Shown here in pieces: positions 20,745 to 29,574 of a stretch of 64,000 nt of DNA. Both the position numbers and the translations under genes were made by a program. The notes below the pieces were generated by a model, which saw only the letters and a program-made list of their open reading frames with translations, was not told the DNA's origin and made no database searches. Within the stretch, counting starts at the first letter, position 1. Each line of letters opens with the position of its first letter. This stretch comes from Flammeovirgaceae bacterium. GTDB taxonomy: Bacteria > Bacteroidota > Bacteroidia > Cytophagales > Cyclobacteriaceae. Where the stretch lies: NCBI GenBank assembly GCA_044507775.1, contig JBIQIY010000021.1, positions 22,766 through 86,765 on the forward strand. The letters are read 5' to 3'.

Positions 20745-20774
20745 AAAAAAGCCCGGCAAGTTCCGGGCTTTTTT
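20745..20774. terminator. Bidirectional intrinsic terminator
   Basis: AAAAAAGCCCGG-caagtt-CCGGGCTTTTTT. Confidence 0.85.
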
Positions 20775-20775
20775 A

Positions 20776-20957
20776 TTAAAGAGATTTTAGCTTAATATTT
20801 TTGAGCATGGAGTCCAGCGCGAAAAGAATATGCTCCCGTTCTTTGGCCCCGATGCTGCGAAGCTCTTTAAATCGCTTAAGCATTTCCGGATCTTTAAATA
20901 AATCCTGATCATCATTTTCTCCCAGGAGATAACCCACCGTAGTATCGAGTAATACTG
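20776..20957 (-). pseudogene. C-terminal remnant of an XRE-family transcriptional regulator
   Basis: Minus strand reads LLDTTVGYLLGENDDQDLFKDPEMLKRFKELRSIGAKEREHILFALDSMLKNIKLKSL*; in-frame stop upstream and HTH half missing. Confidence 0.7.
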
Positions 20958-21210
20958 TGGAATTCTATAGTTTTGAATGCTACTAACTAAGGGAAGCTTT
21001 CAAAATGTTTTGACATTTCGAGGGTCGTTTAGGTTTATTGAAAATAGTAATGCAGTTTGATTTTGACTATCCTAAAGGATGGAACGGACACAAAAATTGA
21101 ATATTGCTCATTTGTTTTGTTGGGAAGGGATAGGTAACTTGGTATTAAGACAGTCGTTGCCAACTTTTGATGGCATTCGACTATAGGTTTCCCTCTCAAC
21201 CTGAATTATT

Positions 21211-22749
21211 ATGCTGGCAAAGACTTTCGGGTTTGCCGTCCACGGCGTGGATGCGCGAACTATCCTGATCGAGTGCAACGTCGGTCAGGGCACGCGGTTC
21301 TTCATGAGCGGTCTCCCCGACAACGCGCTGAAGGAAAGCCAGCTCCGCATCGAAACCGCTCTCAAGCATCTCAATTATTTCATGCCGCGGAACAGAACCG
21401 TTGTGAATCTCGCGCCTGCCGACGTTCGCAAGGAGGGCGCTGCGTACGATCTGCCCATCGCCCTGTGCGTGCTCGAAGCCTCGGAGCAGATCGTCACCGG
21501 CAAGCTCGAGAAGTTTATTATCATGGGAGAGCTCGCGCTTGACGGCGGTCTTCGTGCTATAAAAGGAGTTTTGCCCATCGCTATCCAGGCGCGGAAGGAA
21601 GGCTTTAAAGGATTGATCGTACCCGAGGCAAATGCGCGCGAGGCTGCAGTTGTCGACGGACTCGATGTGATCCCCGTCAGGACGCTGCCGGAAACTATCG
21701 CGTTTCTCCGCGGCAAAAAAACCATCGAGCCTCTGCGGATCAACGCCCGCGAGCTCTTTCGGTCTCAGTCGACCGCGTACGATACAGACTTCAAGGATGT
21801 ACAGGGACAGGAGAACATCAAGCGCGCCCTGGAGATCGCCGCGGCGGGTGGGCATAACGTTATCATGATCGGTCCCCCGGGAGCGGGGAAGACCATGCTC
21901 GCGAAACGATTGCCCACAATTCTTCCACCGCTTACACTGAGCGAAGCGCTTGAGACGACAAAGATCCATTCAGTCGCTGGCAAGCTTTCGCGCGATGTGG
22001 GATTGCTCACCACGCGTCCATACCGGTCTCCTCATCATACAGTATCCGATGTTGCGCTTGTCGGCGGTGGTGGAAATCCGCAGCCGGGAGAAATATCGCT
22101 CGCACACAACGGCGTTCTCTTTCTCGACGAACTTCCGGAATTCAAGAGAACGGTATTAGAGGTGATGAGGCAGCCGATGGAAGAGCGACGCGTGACCATC
22201 TCGCGCGCGAAGATTTCGATCGAATATCCCGCGAACTTCATGCTTGTGGCGAGCATGAATCCTTGTCCATGCGGGTACTACAATCATCCGGAAAAAGATT
22301 GCGTCTGTGGGTCTGCAGTCGTTCATCGCTATCTCAGCAAGATCAGCGGCCCGCTTCTCGACAGGATCGACCTTCATGTCGAGGTCGTGCCCGTCAGCTT
22401 TGATGAGATGACCGCGAACCGCAAGGCGGAAACCAGCGCCTGTATCCGCGAACGAGTTGTCCGCGCGCGCGATGTACAGACTGCGCGTTTTACAGATCAC
22501 CCGAATGTCTATTGCAATGCGATGATGCCGTCGAACCTGGTGAAGCAGATCTGCGCGCTTGATGTCGGCGGCACTGCGCTATTGAAGACTGCCATGGAGC
22601 GACTCGGACTGTCAGCCCGGGCGTATGATCGCATCCTAAAAGTTTCCCGGACGATCGCCGATCTCGGGGGAGCGGAGTATATCCGCTCGGAACATCTGGC
22701 GGAGGCGATTCAGTACAGGAGTTTGGATAGAGATGGGTGGGCCGGATAA
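21211..22749 (+). CDS. comM: YifB/ComM Mg-chelatase-like AAA+ helicase
   Basis: GLPDNALKES, NLAPADVRKEG, GPPGAGKT, RSPHHT, PGEISLAHNGVLFLDE, NPCPCG, LLDRID, LSARAYDRILKV. Confidence 0.95.
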   Translation: MLAKTFGFAVHGVDARTILIECNVGQGTRFFMSGLPDNALKESQLRIETALKHLNYFMPRNRTVVNLAPADVRKEGAAYDLPIALCVLEASEQIVTGKLEKFIIMGELALDGGLRAIKGVLPIAIQARKEGFKGLIVPEANAREAAVVDGLDVIPVRTLPETIAFLRGKKTIEPLRINARELFRSQSTAYDTDFKDVQGQENIKRALEIAAAGGHNVIMIGPPGAGKTMLAKRLPTILPPLTLSEALETTKIHSVAGKLSRDVGLLTTRPYRSPHHTVSDVALVGGGGNPQPGEISLAHNGVLFLDELPEFKRTVLEVMRQPMEERRVTISRAKISIEYPANFMLVASMNPCPCGYYNHPEKDCVCGSAVVHRYLSKISGPLLDRIDLHVEVVPVSFDEMTANRKAETSACIRERVVRARDVQTARFTDHPNVYCNAMMPSNLVKQICALDVGGTALLKTAMERLGLSARAYDRILKVSRTIADLGGAEYIRSEHLAEAIQYRSLDRDGWAG

Positions 22750-22962
22750 ATCAGTTGACAATTTCACTATCTGCTGAGTGTGTGCGCCACCGTGGTCTTC
22801 CTATACTCAGAAAGCTTGCAGGGCTCAGCGCCAATTGAGCCGCCTGCGCTTCCCCCGCACATCCTGCTCGAGCTTCGGCGTCTGCAGTTGACAATTAAAG
22901 TGGACTTGGGATCAAGAGTTTGTCAGACAAGTCTTGATTCAAAAACGCGAATGGATTTCCAG

Positions 22963-23044
22963 AACCCCGCGAGGGGTGAAAACATGAATAGCCACAGGTT
23001 GTACCTGTGGTAAAAGTAAAGGAATTCAAACCCTGAAGGGGTTT
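22963..23044. repeat. REP-like palindrome cluster
   Basis: AACCCC-gcga-GGGGT, CCACAGG-ttgta-CCTGTGG and AAACCC-tgaag-GGGTTT hairpins in series. Confidence 0.6.
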
Positions 23045-23223
23045 AACAGGCAGCGTCAATACGAAGCCAAATAGTAAAGTATAGAATTGATGATTTGCGA
23101 TTTACAATTATCCGGAATCGCTGCGTCCCGCATCACGGGGTATGGCTGCGCACTCAATTTTTTTTCTATCTTCATAAAACTTTCAGGCAGAACCGCTCAT
23201 CTCTAGGCCATAACCCTTCCTCT

Positions 23224-25623
23224 ATGTTCAAGAACCTTCTTAAGATCTCGCTAAGGACCATTGTCAAGGAAAAGACCTACAGCATCCTGAATATCGCAGG
23301 GCTGACGATTGGTATTACATGCAGTATGTTCCTGCTCATGTATATCCTGCATGAACTGAGCTATGACCGCTACCATGAGAATGCCCGGAACATCTATCGC
23401 GTGGTGTCCAACATCAAGGAGCCGGACAATGCGTTTACATGGGCCGTTGCGCAGATCCCGCTTGCGGAGGAATTGCGGGACAACTATCCGGAAGTAAAAA
23501 ATGCCGTCCGGTTTTTTGGAACCGGCCGGGCGCAGTACAAGAACGGCGACAAGCAGTTTTACGAGGAGGAATTTTACATGGCCGATTCCACGGTGTTCGA
23601 CATGTTCTCCTACAAGTTTCTCTATGGCGATCCGGGAACGGCGCTCGATGCGCCTTTCTCCATCGTTCTCACCGAGAAGACCGCACAGAAATATTTCTCC
23701 GACCTCCACACGGCTTTGGGCCAGTCGATCCAGAATCTGCAGGGAGAGGAATTCAAGGTAACGGGGATATTGGAGGACGTCCCGCTCAACTCGCACTTCT
23801 TGTTTGACGCGCTGATCTCGCGCAGCACACGCCCGGGCTACACGGGGAACTGGGGTGGCTTTGGTGTTTCCACGTACGTGTTGCTGCCGGAGGGCTATGA
23901 TCTGAATAAAATGTATGCAAGCCTCGACAAGATCATCAAGGAAAAAGTAGACCCGATTTTCGCGGAATTCGGTATCACGATCAAGTACGAGCTCCAGCCT
24001 ATCCTCGATATTCATTTGTACTCGAAGATCCAGGATGAAGCGGAGGAAGGCGGAGATATTACCTACATCTACATCTTTGCTTCTGTCGCCATCTTCATGC
24101 TCATCATTGCCTGCATCAACTACATGAACCTGGCAACTGCCCGCTCAGTCAACCGCGCACGTGAGGTGGGAGTGCGGAAAGTCATGGGCTCTCAACGAAT
24201 TCAGCTCATCGCGCAGTTCATCACGGAGTCGGTAGTGATAGCGCTGATCGCGATGACCATCAGTTTGCTGCTGATCTATGCATTGCTGCCGTTCTTTAAC
24301 GACCTGGCGAACAAGTCCCTTCCATTCAGCTTTATCCTTCAGGCGCCTGTGATATTAAGCCTGCTCGCCATTGTGCTGTTTGTCGGTATCGTGGGAGGAA
24401 GTTACCCGGCATTCTATCTGTCGGGGTTTAGTCCCGTGAATGTTTTGAAAGGAAAAATAACGGCACGTGGTGGCAACGCCTTATTCAGAAAATTTCTGGT
24501 TGCCTTCCAGTTTGCTATTTCCATCTTCATGCTAATCTCGACGCTTGTTGTGTTCGCCCAGCTGCAGTACATGCGGAACAAGGATCTCGGCTTTGTGAAG
24601 GAGCGGGTCGTGCGGCTTTCTCTGAACGAGCGGGCGCTCCAGGACCAGGCACAGGTGCTCGTTGACCGCCTGAAGCAGACGCCGGAAGTTGCGAGCGTTG
24701 GAATGGCATCAAGCTCGCCCGGCGACGGAATTGGAAAACTTCTTTTGAAAGTAGAGGACAATGATGGAAAACTTACGGATCGCGGTGTGGATCTCTTTTC
24801 TGCGGATTATGATTTTGTAAAGACGATGGGCATGACGATCGTGGAAGGACGGGATTTCTCGCGCGATATTCCGTCGGACACAACCTTTGCCGTATTGGTC
24901 AACGAGTCTATGGTCAAGCGCATGTCGTGGGATGATCCCATCGGAAAGAAATTTGTGTTTGCGGGGAATGGCCCCAACAATACGGACATTGAAAAGCGTG
25001 TTGTTGGAGTGTTGAAGGATTATCATCAGAACTCGCTTTACGATCCTATTGAACCGTTGATGATCCTGCTGGGCAAGCGCGATCGGCTGGTGTTTGTGAG
25101 GACCGTGGAAGGAGACGTGCGTCAATCTATTGCTGCGATCGGGAAAGCGTGGAAAGATATTTTTCCCACGTACGTGTTCGAATACGAATTTCTCGACGCG
25201 GACTTCAACTCCCAGTACAAGGCGGATGAGAAGCGCAGCCAGATCTTTACGGCATTTTCCGGATTGACGATCATCATCGCCTGTCTCGGCTTACTGGGTC
25301 TCGCGGCGTTCACAACGGAACAGCGAACAAAGGAGATTGGCGTGAGAAAGGTGATCGGTGCGACTGTCGGCAACCTGGTAGTGCTGGTGTCGAAAGAGTT
25401 TTTTATCCTCGTCGGAATCGGAATGGTTCTCGCGTTTCCCGTTGCATGGTATTTCACGAGCAACTGGCTTCAAAACTTTGCCTACCGTATCGAGCTTGAG
25501 AAACAATGGCCGGTGTTTATCATTTCAGCGCTGCTGGCTTTTATCATCACACTTGCCACGGTTGGATTTCACGTGGTGCGCGCAGCGTCGGCGAATCCGG
25601 TGAAGTCGTTGAGGGATGAGTAG
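23224..25623 (+). CDS. MacB/FtsX-family ABC transporter permease
   Basis: MFKNLLKISLR, LSYDRYH, IIACINYMNLATA, RAREVGVRKVMG, AFTTEQRTKEIGVRKV, ANPVKSLRDE; start set at ATG 23224. Confidence 0.93.
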   Translation: MFKNLLKISLRTIVKEKTYSILNIAGLTIGITCSMFLLMYILHELSYDRYHENARNIYRVVSNIKEPDNAFTWAVAQIPLAEELRDNYPEVKNAVRFFGTGRAQYKNGDKQFYEEEFYMADSTVFDMFSYKFLYGDPGTALDAPFSIVLTEKTAQKYFSDLHTALGQSIQNLQGEEFKVTGILEDVPLNSHFLFDALISRSTRPGYTGNWGGFGVSTYVLLPEGYDLNKMYASLDKIIKEKVDPIFAEFGITIKYELQPILDIHLYSKIQDEAEEGGDITYIYIFASVAIFMLIIACINYMNLATARSVNRAREVGVRKVMGSQRIQLIAQFITESVVIALIAMTISLLLIYALLPFFNDLANKSLPFSFILQAPVILSLLAIVLFVGIVGGSYPAFYLSGFSPVNVLKGKITARGGNALFRKFLVAFQFAISIFMLISTLVVFAQLQYMRNKDLGFVKERVVRLSLNERALQDQAQVLVDRLKQTPEVASVGMASSSPGDGIGKLLLKVEDNDGKLTDRGVDLFSADYDFVKTMGMTIVEGRDFSRDIPSDTTFAVLVNESMVKRMSWDDPIGKKFVFAGNGPNNTDIEKRVVGVLKDYHQNSLYDPIEPLMILLGKRDRLVFVRTVEGDVRQSIAAIGKAWKDIFPTYVFEYEFLDADFNSQYKADEKRSQIFTAFSGLTIIIACLGLLGLAAFTTEQRTKEIGVRKVIGATVGNLVVLVSKEFFILVGIGMVLAFPVAWYFTSNWLQNFAYRIELEKQWPVFIISALLAFIITLATVGFHVVRAASANPVKSLRDE

Positions 25624-25960
25624 GGTGGTGAGTGGTGAGTGGTGAGTGGTGAGTGGTGAGTGGTGAGTAGTGAGTAGTGAGTAGTGAGTGGTGAGTAGTG
25701 AGTAGTGCGGCTTAGGGGGTGTCTCTCTTTTCTTCGTGGGTGCGGCTTCTTTCGTGAGACGTGAGACGTCAAACGTGAGACGTGCGTGCAGCTCATCTTT
25801 TCGCTTTCTATTTCGGTGCTTCTGCTTTCTTTGGTGAGACGTCGAGGCCTACAAACTGATTCACGTCTCACGTTTGACGTCTCACGACAGGCGCGTGATG
25901 AGCTAAGAAGCAGCGAGCAACCCGTTCGGCCCTACTCACCACTCACCACTCACCACTCAC
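25624..25960. repeat. Nested inverted heptamer arrays (GTGAGTR outer arms, GTGAGAC inner arms) between convergent genes
   Basis: About 11 x GTGAGT(G/A) at 25628-25704 vs 4 x reverse complement at 25932-25960; perfect 25 bp inverted repeat 25760-25784 / 25862-25886. Confidence 0.88.
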
Positions 25961-25961
25961 A

Positions 25962-27476
25962 TCACGCGAAGGTGATCGTAAACGTCGTTCCTTTATCCAC
26001 CTCGCTTTGGGCGGAGATTTTTCCCCCGAGGGCTTCGATCTGGGTTTTCACGAGGAAGAGTCCGACCCCGCGTGCTTCCTGGTGCTCGTGAAAGGTTTTG
26101 TGTAGTCCGAAAAGTTTATCGCCGAATTTTTCGAGGTCGATCCCCTGGCCATTGTCCGTTACCTGAAGTTGCAGGCGGTTTTCATGCATAGACGTGCGGA
26201 AGTGGATGGTGGGCTTGCGATGCGGTGACCGGTACTTCACCGCGTTGGTGAGCAGGTTCTGAAAGATACTTTCGAGGTACGGTTTTGAGTAAAGAATGGA
26301 CGGGGCATCGTTAAAATCATAGGTCACGTCAGCCTGGGCAACGATCAGTTCTCCTTCGAAAGATTGGACGACCTTGTCCAGCACTTCCTTAAAGCGGACC
26401 TCCGTCAGGTCCATGTGTTGTTGTGTTTTTACTTTCAGCGTGTCCATGAGTTCGTTCATGGTTTCGCCGAGGTTCTTCGCCACATTCTTCAGCTTCTCGA
26501 AGATCAGTTTATAGTCGTTGATATCGCTGTTTTCGTTCAGCAGGTTTATCAGTGCCTGGATGTTGCTTATCGGCGAACGCAGGTTGTGCGAAATGATATG
26601 TGCGAATTCATCGAGCCGCCGGTTTTGCTCCTGGAGTTGAAGGGTTATCCCCTCCAGGTTCGATTTGCTGTCGAGAATATTTTCTTCGGATTTTTTTCGC
26701 GCTGATATGTCGATAGCGGAAGCGTAGATGGCGTTGTTCAATGCGTCGGGAGCCAGCGCCCAGAGAAGCCATCGGTATGATCCGTCTTTGCAGACAAGCC
26801 GGTTTTCAAAAGTGTTGATGTGACCCGATCGGGTGACGTAGTCAAGTTCGCTCTTCGCTCGTTCCGCATCGTCCGGATGGATGAAATGAAAGATCCGCTG
26901 TGATCTCAGTTCCCCTTCCGTCCACCCAAGAATCTTCTCCCAGGAGGGGCTGATGCGAACCAGGTCGCCGTCGAGGTTCATGACAGCATTCAGGTTCACC
27001 GGATTGTTGAAAAACCGCAGATTCTCTTCGGCGAGTTTCCTCAGTTTTTCTTCGGATGATTTCTGCAGGGTGATGTCCTGGAGGAACCCTTCCAGCATGA
27101 CGAGCTTATCGTCTTCGTAAAGTCCGATTCCCGTTTCGTGGATCCATATCCATTCGCCCGATTTGTGGCGCAACCTGTATTCGAGCTGAAAACTTTTTCG
27201 TTCTGCAATGCTGCGGTTTACTATTTCGAATATCGCCTTGCGGTCGTCAGGATGAAACAGGTTCGTAATCTCGATTTTGCCAGAAAGAAAATCACCGCTG
27301 GGATAGCCGGTGATTACTTCAATGTGATCGTTGATGTAGAGCATGGAATACGCTTCATCGTTGCGGCACAGGTAAACGGCCCCCGGAATATTCTCTGCCA
27401 GCAAGCGGAACTTCTGTTCGCTGCCGGCGGAAATTTCTGTGTGCATCTTTTTTTCGGGCGATGACCGTTGTGGCAT
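25962..27476 (-). CDS. PAS-domain sensor histidine kinase
   Basis: Two PAS/PAC domains; FAHIISHNLRSP (H box), IFQNLLTNAVKY, TDNGQGID, GVGLFLVK. Confidence 0.93.
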   Translation of the reverse strand: MPQRSSPEKKMHTEISAGSEQKFRLLAENIPGAVYLCRNDEAYSMLYINDHIEVITGYPSGDFLSGKIEITNLFHPDDRKAIFEIVNRSIAERKSFQLEYRLRHKSGEWIWIHETGIGLYEDDKLVMLEGFLQDITLQKSSEEKLRKLAEENLRFFNNPVNLNAVMNLDGDLVRISPSWEKILGWTEGELRSQRIFHFIHPDDAERAKSELDYVTRSGHINTFENRLVCKDGSYRWLLWALAPDALNNAIYASAIDISARKKSEENILDSKSNLEGITLQLQEQNRRLDEFAHIISHNLRSPISNIQALINLLNENSDINDYKLIFEKLKNVAKNLGETMNELMDTLKVKTQQHMDLTEVRFKEVLDKVVQSFEGELIVAQADVTYDFNDAPSILYSKPYLESIFQNLLTNAVKYRSPHRKPTIHFRTSMHENRLQLQVTDNGQGIDLEKFGDKLFGLHKTFHEHQEARGVGLFLVKTQIEALGGKISAQSEVDKGTTFTITFA

Positions 27477-27534
27477 GAATCGGGGTAGAATAACAGCCTA
27501 AATTAAGCAAAATTGGCAAAGTGTAACATCGGAT

Positions 27535-28347
27535 TTATGATTTCGGACCGCCGAGGTTGCCGCGCTGGCGCCTTGCTTCAAAAACGATTACCGCTGCCGC
27601 CGTCGAGACGTTCATCGAGTCAATTTTTCCGGCCATGGGTATAATGATCGGATTCTGGTCTTCGGTAATCCAGGTATCGGAAAGGCCCGTGGCCTCCGTT
27701 CCCATGACGATGGCGCTTGGCAACGTGAAATCGACGGTGTGGTAAGGCCGCGAGGCCTTCAGGTACGTACTGTAAGGCGTGATCCCATTGTCCTTAAGCC
27801 ATTGCAGGGTTTCTTCAGATGTCGCCGACGCAACCTGGTTTGTAAAAATGCATCCGACGCTTGACCGGATCACATTGGGATTATAGAAATCGGTTTTCGG
27901 ATCGCAGATGATCACGGCGTCAAGAGCCGCCGCATCTGCCGTGCGAAGGATGGCACCGAGGTTTCCGGGTTTTTCGACAGACTCCAGCACCAGGACAAGA
28001 GGGTTCTTACTCAACCGGAGGGCATCCAGGCGGTGGGTTTTCTGCTCCCCGACGGCGAGGATCCCCCCCGAATTTTCGCGGATCGCAACCTTGTCAAATA
28101 CCTCGCGCGATACCGGTATCAGCAGCTTGTCGGCGGGATGTAACTCTTCCAAATCATCTTTCGTGATGAGGTCTTCGCAATAGAACAGGTTTCCGATTTT
28201 GTATCCCGCTGCCAGCGCCAGGGCGATCTCTTTCCTGCCTTCCACGACAAACAAGCCCTGCTTTCTCCGTTCCCTCGGCTTCTCAAGGGCGAGCAGGTTC
28301 TTGATTTTCGGATTGTGAGTGCTGGTGATGGTGAAATGCACGGGCAA
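27535..28347 (-). CDS. TrmH/SpoU-family RNA 2'-O-methyltransferase
   Basis: ITSTHNPKIK, VEKPGNLGAILRTADA, MGTEATGL, IPMAGKIDSMNVS. Confidence 0.92.
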   Translation of the reverse strand: MPVHFTITSTHNPKIKNLLALEKPRERRKQGLFVVEGRKEIALALAAGYKIGNLFYCEDLITKDDLEELHPADKLLIPVSREVFDKVAIRENSGGILAVGEQKTHRLDALRLSKNPLVLVLESVEKPGNLGAILRTADAAALDAVIICDPKTDFYNPNVIRSSVGCIFTNQVASATSEETLQWLKDNGITPYSTYLKASRPYHTVDFTLPSAIVMGTEATGLSDTWITEDQNPIIIPMAGKIDSMNVSTAAAVIVFEARRQRGNLGGPKS

Positions 28348-28356
28348 GTTTAGAAC

Positions 28357-28555
28357 TCAAACTTCAAACTTCAAAGTTGTAAGTTGTAGGAGGTAAGTTG
28401 TAAGTTTGGTCCGCTTTCGACTTGGTACATTGTGCTTTTTTATACTTTCGACTTTGCGCTTTATGCTTTCGCCTTCAAAAAAAAACGGCCGCGATAAAGT
28501 GAGGTCGGGTCTAACTTATAACTTAAAACTTACAACCTACAACTTTGAATTTGAA
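28357..28555. repeat. Inverted heptamer arrays (AAGTTGT-type left arm, ACAACTT/TAACTTA right arm) between divergent genes
   Basis: tcaaacttcaaagttgtaagttgtagg..taagttgtaagtt vs aacttataacttaaaacttacaacctacaactttgaatttgaa. Confidence 0.75.
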
Positions 28556-29441
28556 TCAGCATCCGGACGCCTGGACAGAATATGAATTAATCGACTCGGG
28601 GGATTTTGAAAAACTTGAGCGCTTTGGTAAATACATTTTGATCAGGCCGGAACCGCAGGCTATCTGGAAGAAAGTATTGAGCGAAGATCAATGGAAGAAG
28701 ATGGCCCACGCGAGGTTTGTCCGGGAACAGAAGGACAAGTTCCGGTTTACCGATGATGTCAATGGCGGATGGACAAAGCAGCCTCAGATGCCGGACAGTT
28801 GGGAGATCACTTATCACTATGGTGAACTCACACTTCGATTGCGCCTGGCCCTGACGGGGTTCGGACATGTCGGTATTTTTCCTGAACAGGGAGCCAACTG
28901 GAATTTCATCTGGGATACGATTCGAAACTGGAAAGCTTCCGGGCCGAAGGTGTTGAACCTTTTTGCTTACACCGGTGCGGCGTCGATGGTGGCACGGACG
29001 GCCGGGGCACAGGTACTTCATTGCGATGCGTCGCGTCCCGGATTGAACTGGGCCAACCAGAACATGCAGCTCAATAACCTTTCCGATATACGCTGGGTAT
29101 ACGAAGACGCGTTAAAGTTTGTGAGACGGGAGGTGAAAAGGGGAAACCGGTATCAAGGCATCATCATGGATCCGCCTCCTTATGGCCGGGGACCCGACGG
29201 CGAAAAGTGGACTCTCCAGGAGCAGTTGGACGAGCTCGCGCACTTGGGCAGTCAGTTGCTTGAGGAGCGTGAATGCTTTTTCATTCTGAGCCTTTATGCC
29301 GCCGGATTCTCACCGATAGTCGGCTTCAATGTGGTGCGGAACTACCTGGATGCCGAAAATATCCAATACGGCGAGTTTTTCCTGAAAAGCTCCAACCAGC
29401 GGGATCTGCCGATGGGAACCTTCCTGCGATACAGCGCTTGA
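28545..29441 (+). CDS. Class I SAM-dependent rRNA methyltransferase (RlmI/RlmK-like)
   Basis: YELIDSGDFEKLERFG, RPEPQAIW, HVGIFPEQ, VLNLFAYTG, IIMDPPPYGRG. Confidence 0.88.
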   Translation: MNLNQHPDAWTEYELIDSGDFEKLERFGKYILIRPEPQAIWKKVLSEDQWKKMAHARFVREQKDKFRFTDDVNGGWTKQPQMPDSWEITYHYGELTLRLRLALTGFGHVGIFPEQGANWNFIWDTIRNWKASGPKVLNLFAYTGAASMVARTAGAQVLHCDASRPGLNWANQNMQLNNLSDIRWVYEDALKFVRREVKRGNRYQGIIMDPPPYGRGPDGEKWTLQEQLDELAHLGSQLLEERECFFILSLYAAGFSPIVGFNVVRNYLDAENIQYGEFFLKSSNQRDLPMGTFLRYSA

Positions 29442-29529
29442 CAAACACCGGCAGTGCCTCTATTCCTTCGATTGCACTGTGAGTTCCGCAATTTTCAGCG
29501 GCGCGGATTCATATTTTCTTAAATAGTAG

Positions 29530-29537
29530 TACCTTTG
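29530..29537 (+). promoter_or_regulatory. Bacteroidota -7 promoter element for typA
   Basis: TACCTTTG about 37 bp upstream of the ATG. Confidence 0.6.
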
Positions 29538-29574
29538 CGCCTCAATTATTTAAAATAGGGGCTTTTGACCATTT

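Noticed and set aside
21211-22749. comM disrupted by an integrated element
   Set aside because: The ORF is intact and full length with all motifs; the RHS island ends upstream of it
25569-26091. ORFs 25569-25871(-) and 25786-26091(+)
   Set aside because: Translation of intergenic heptamer arrays or antisense to the kinase; low-complexity artefacts
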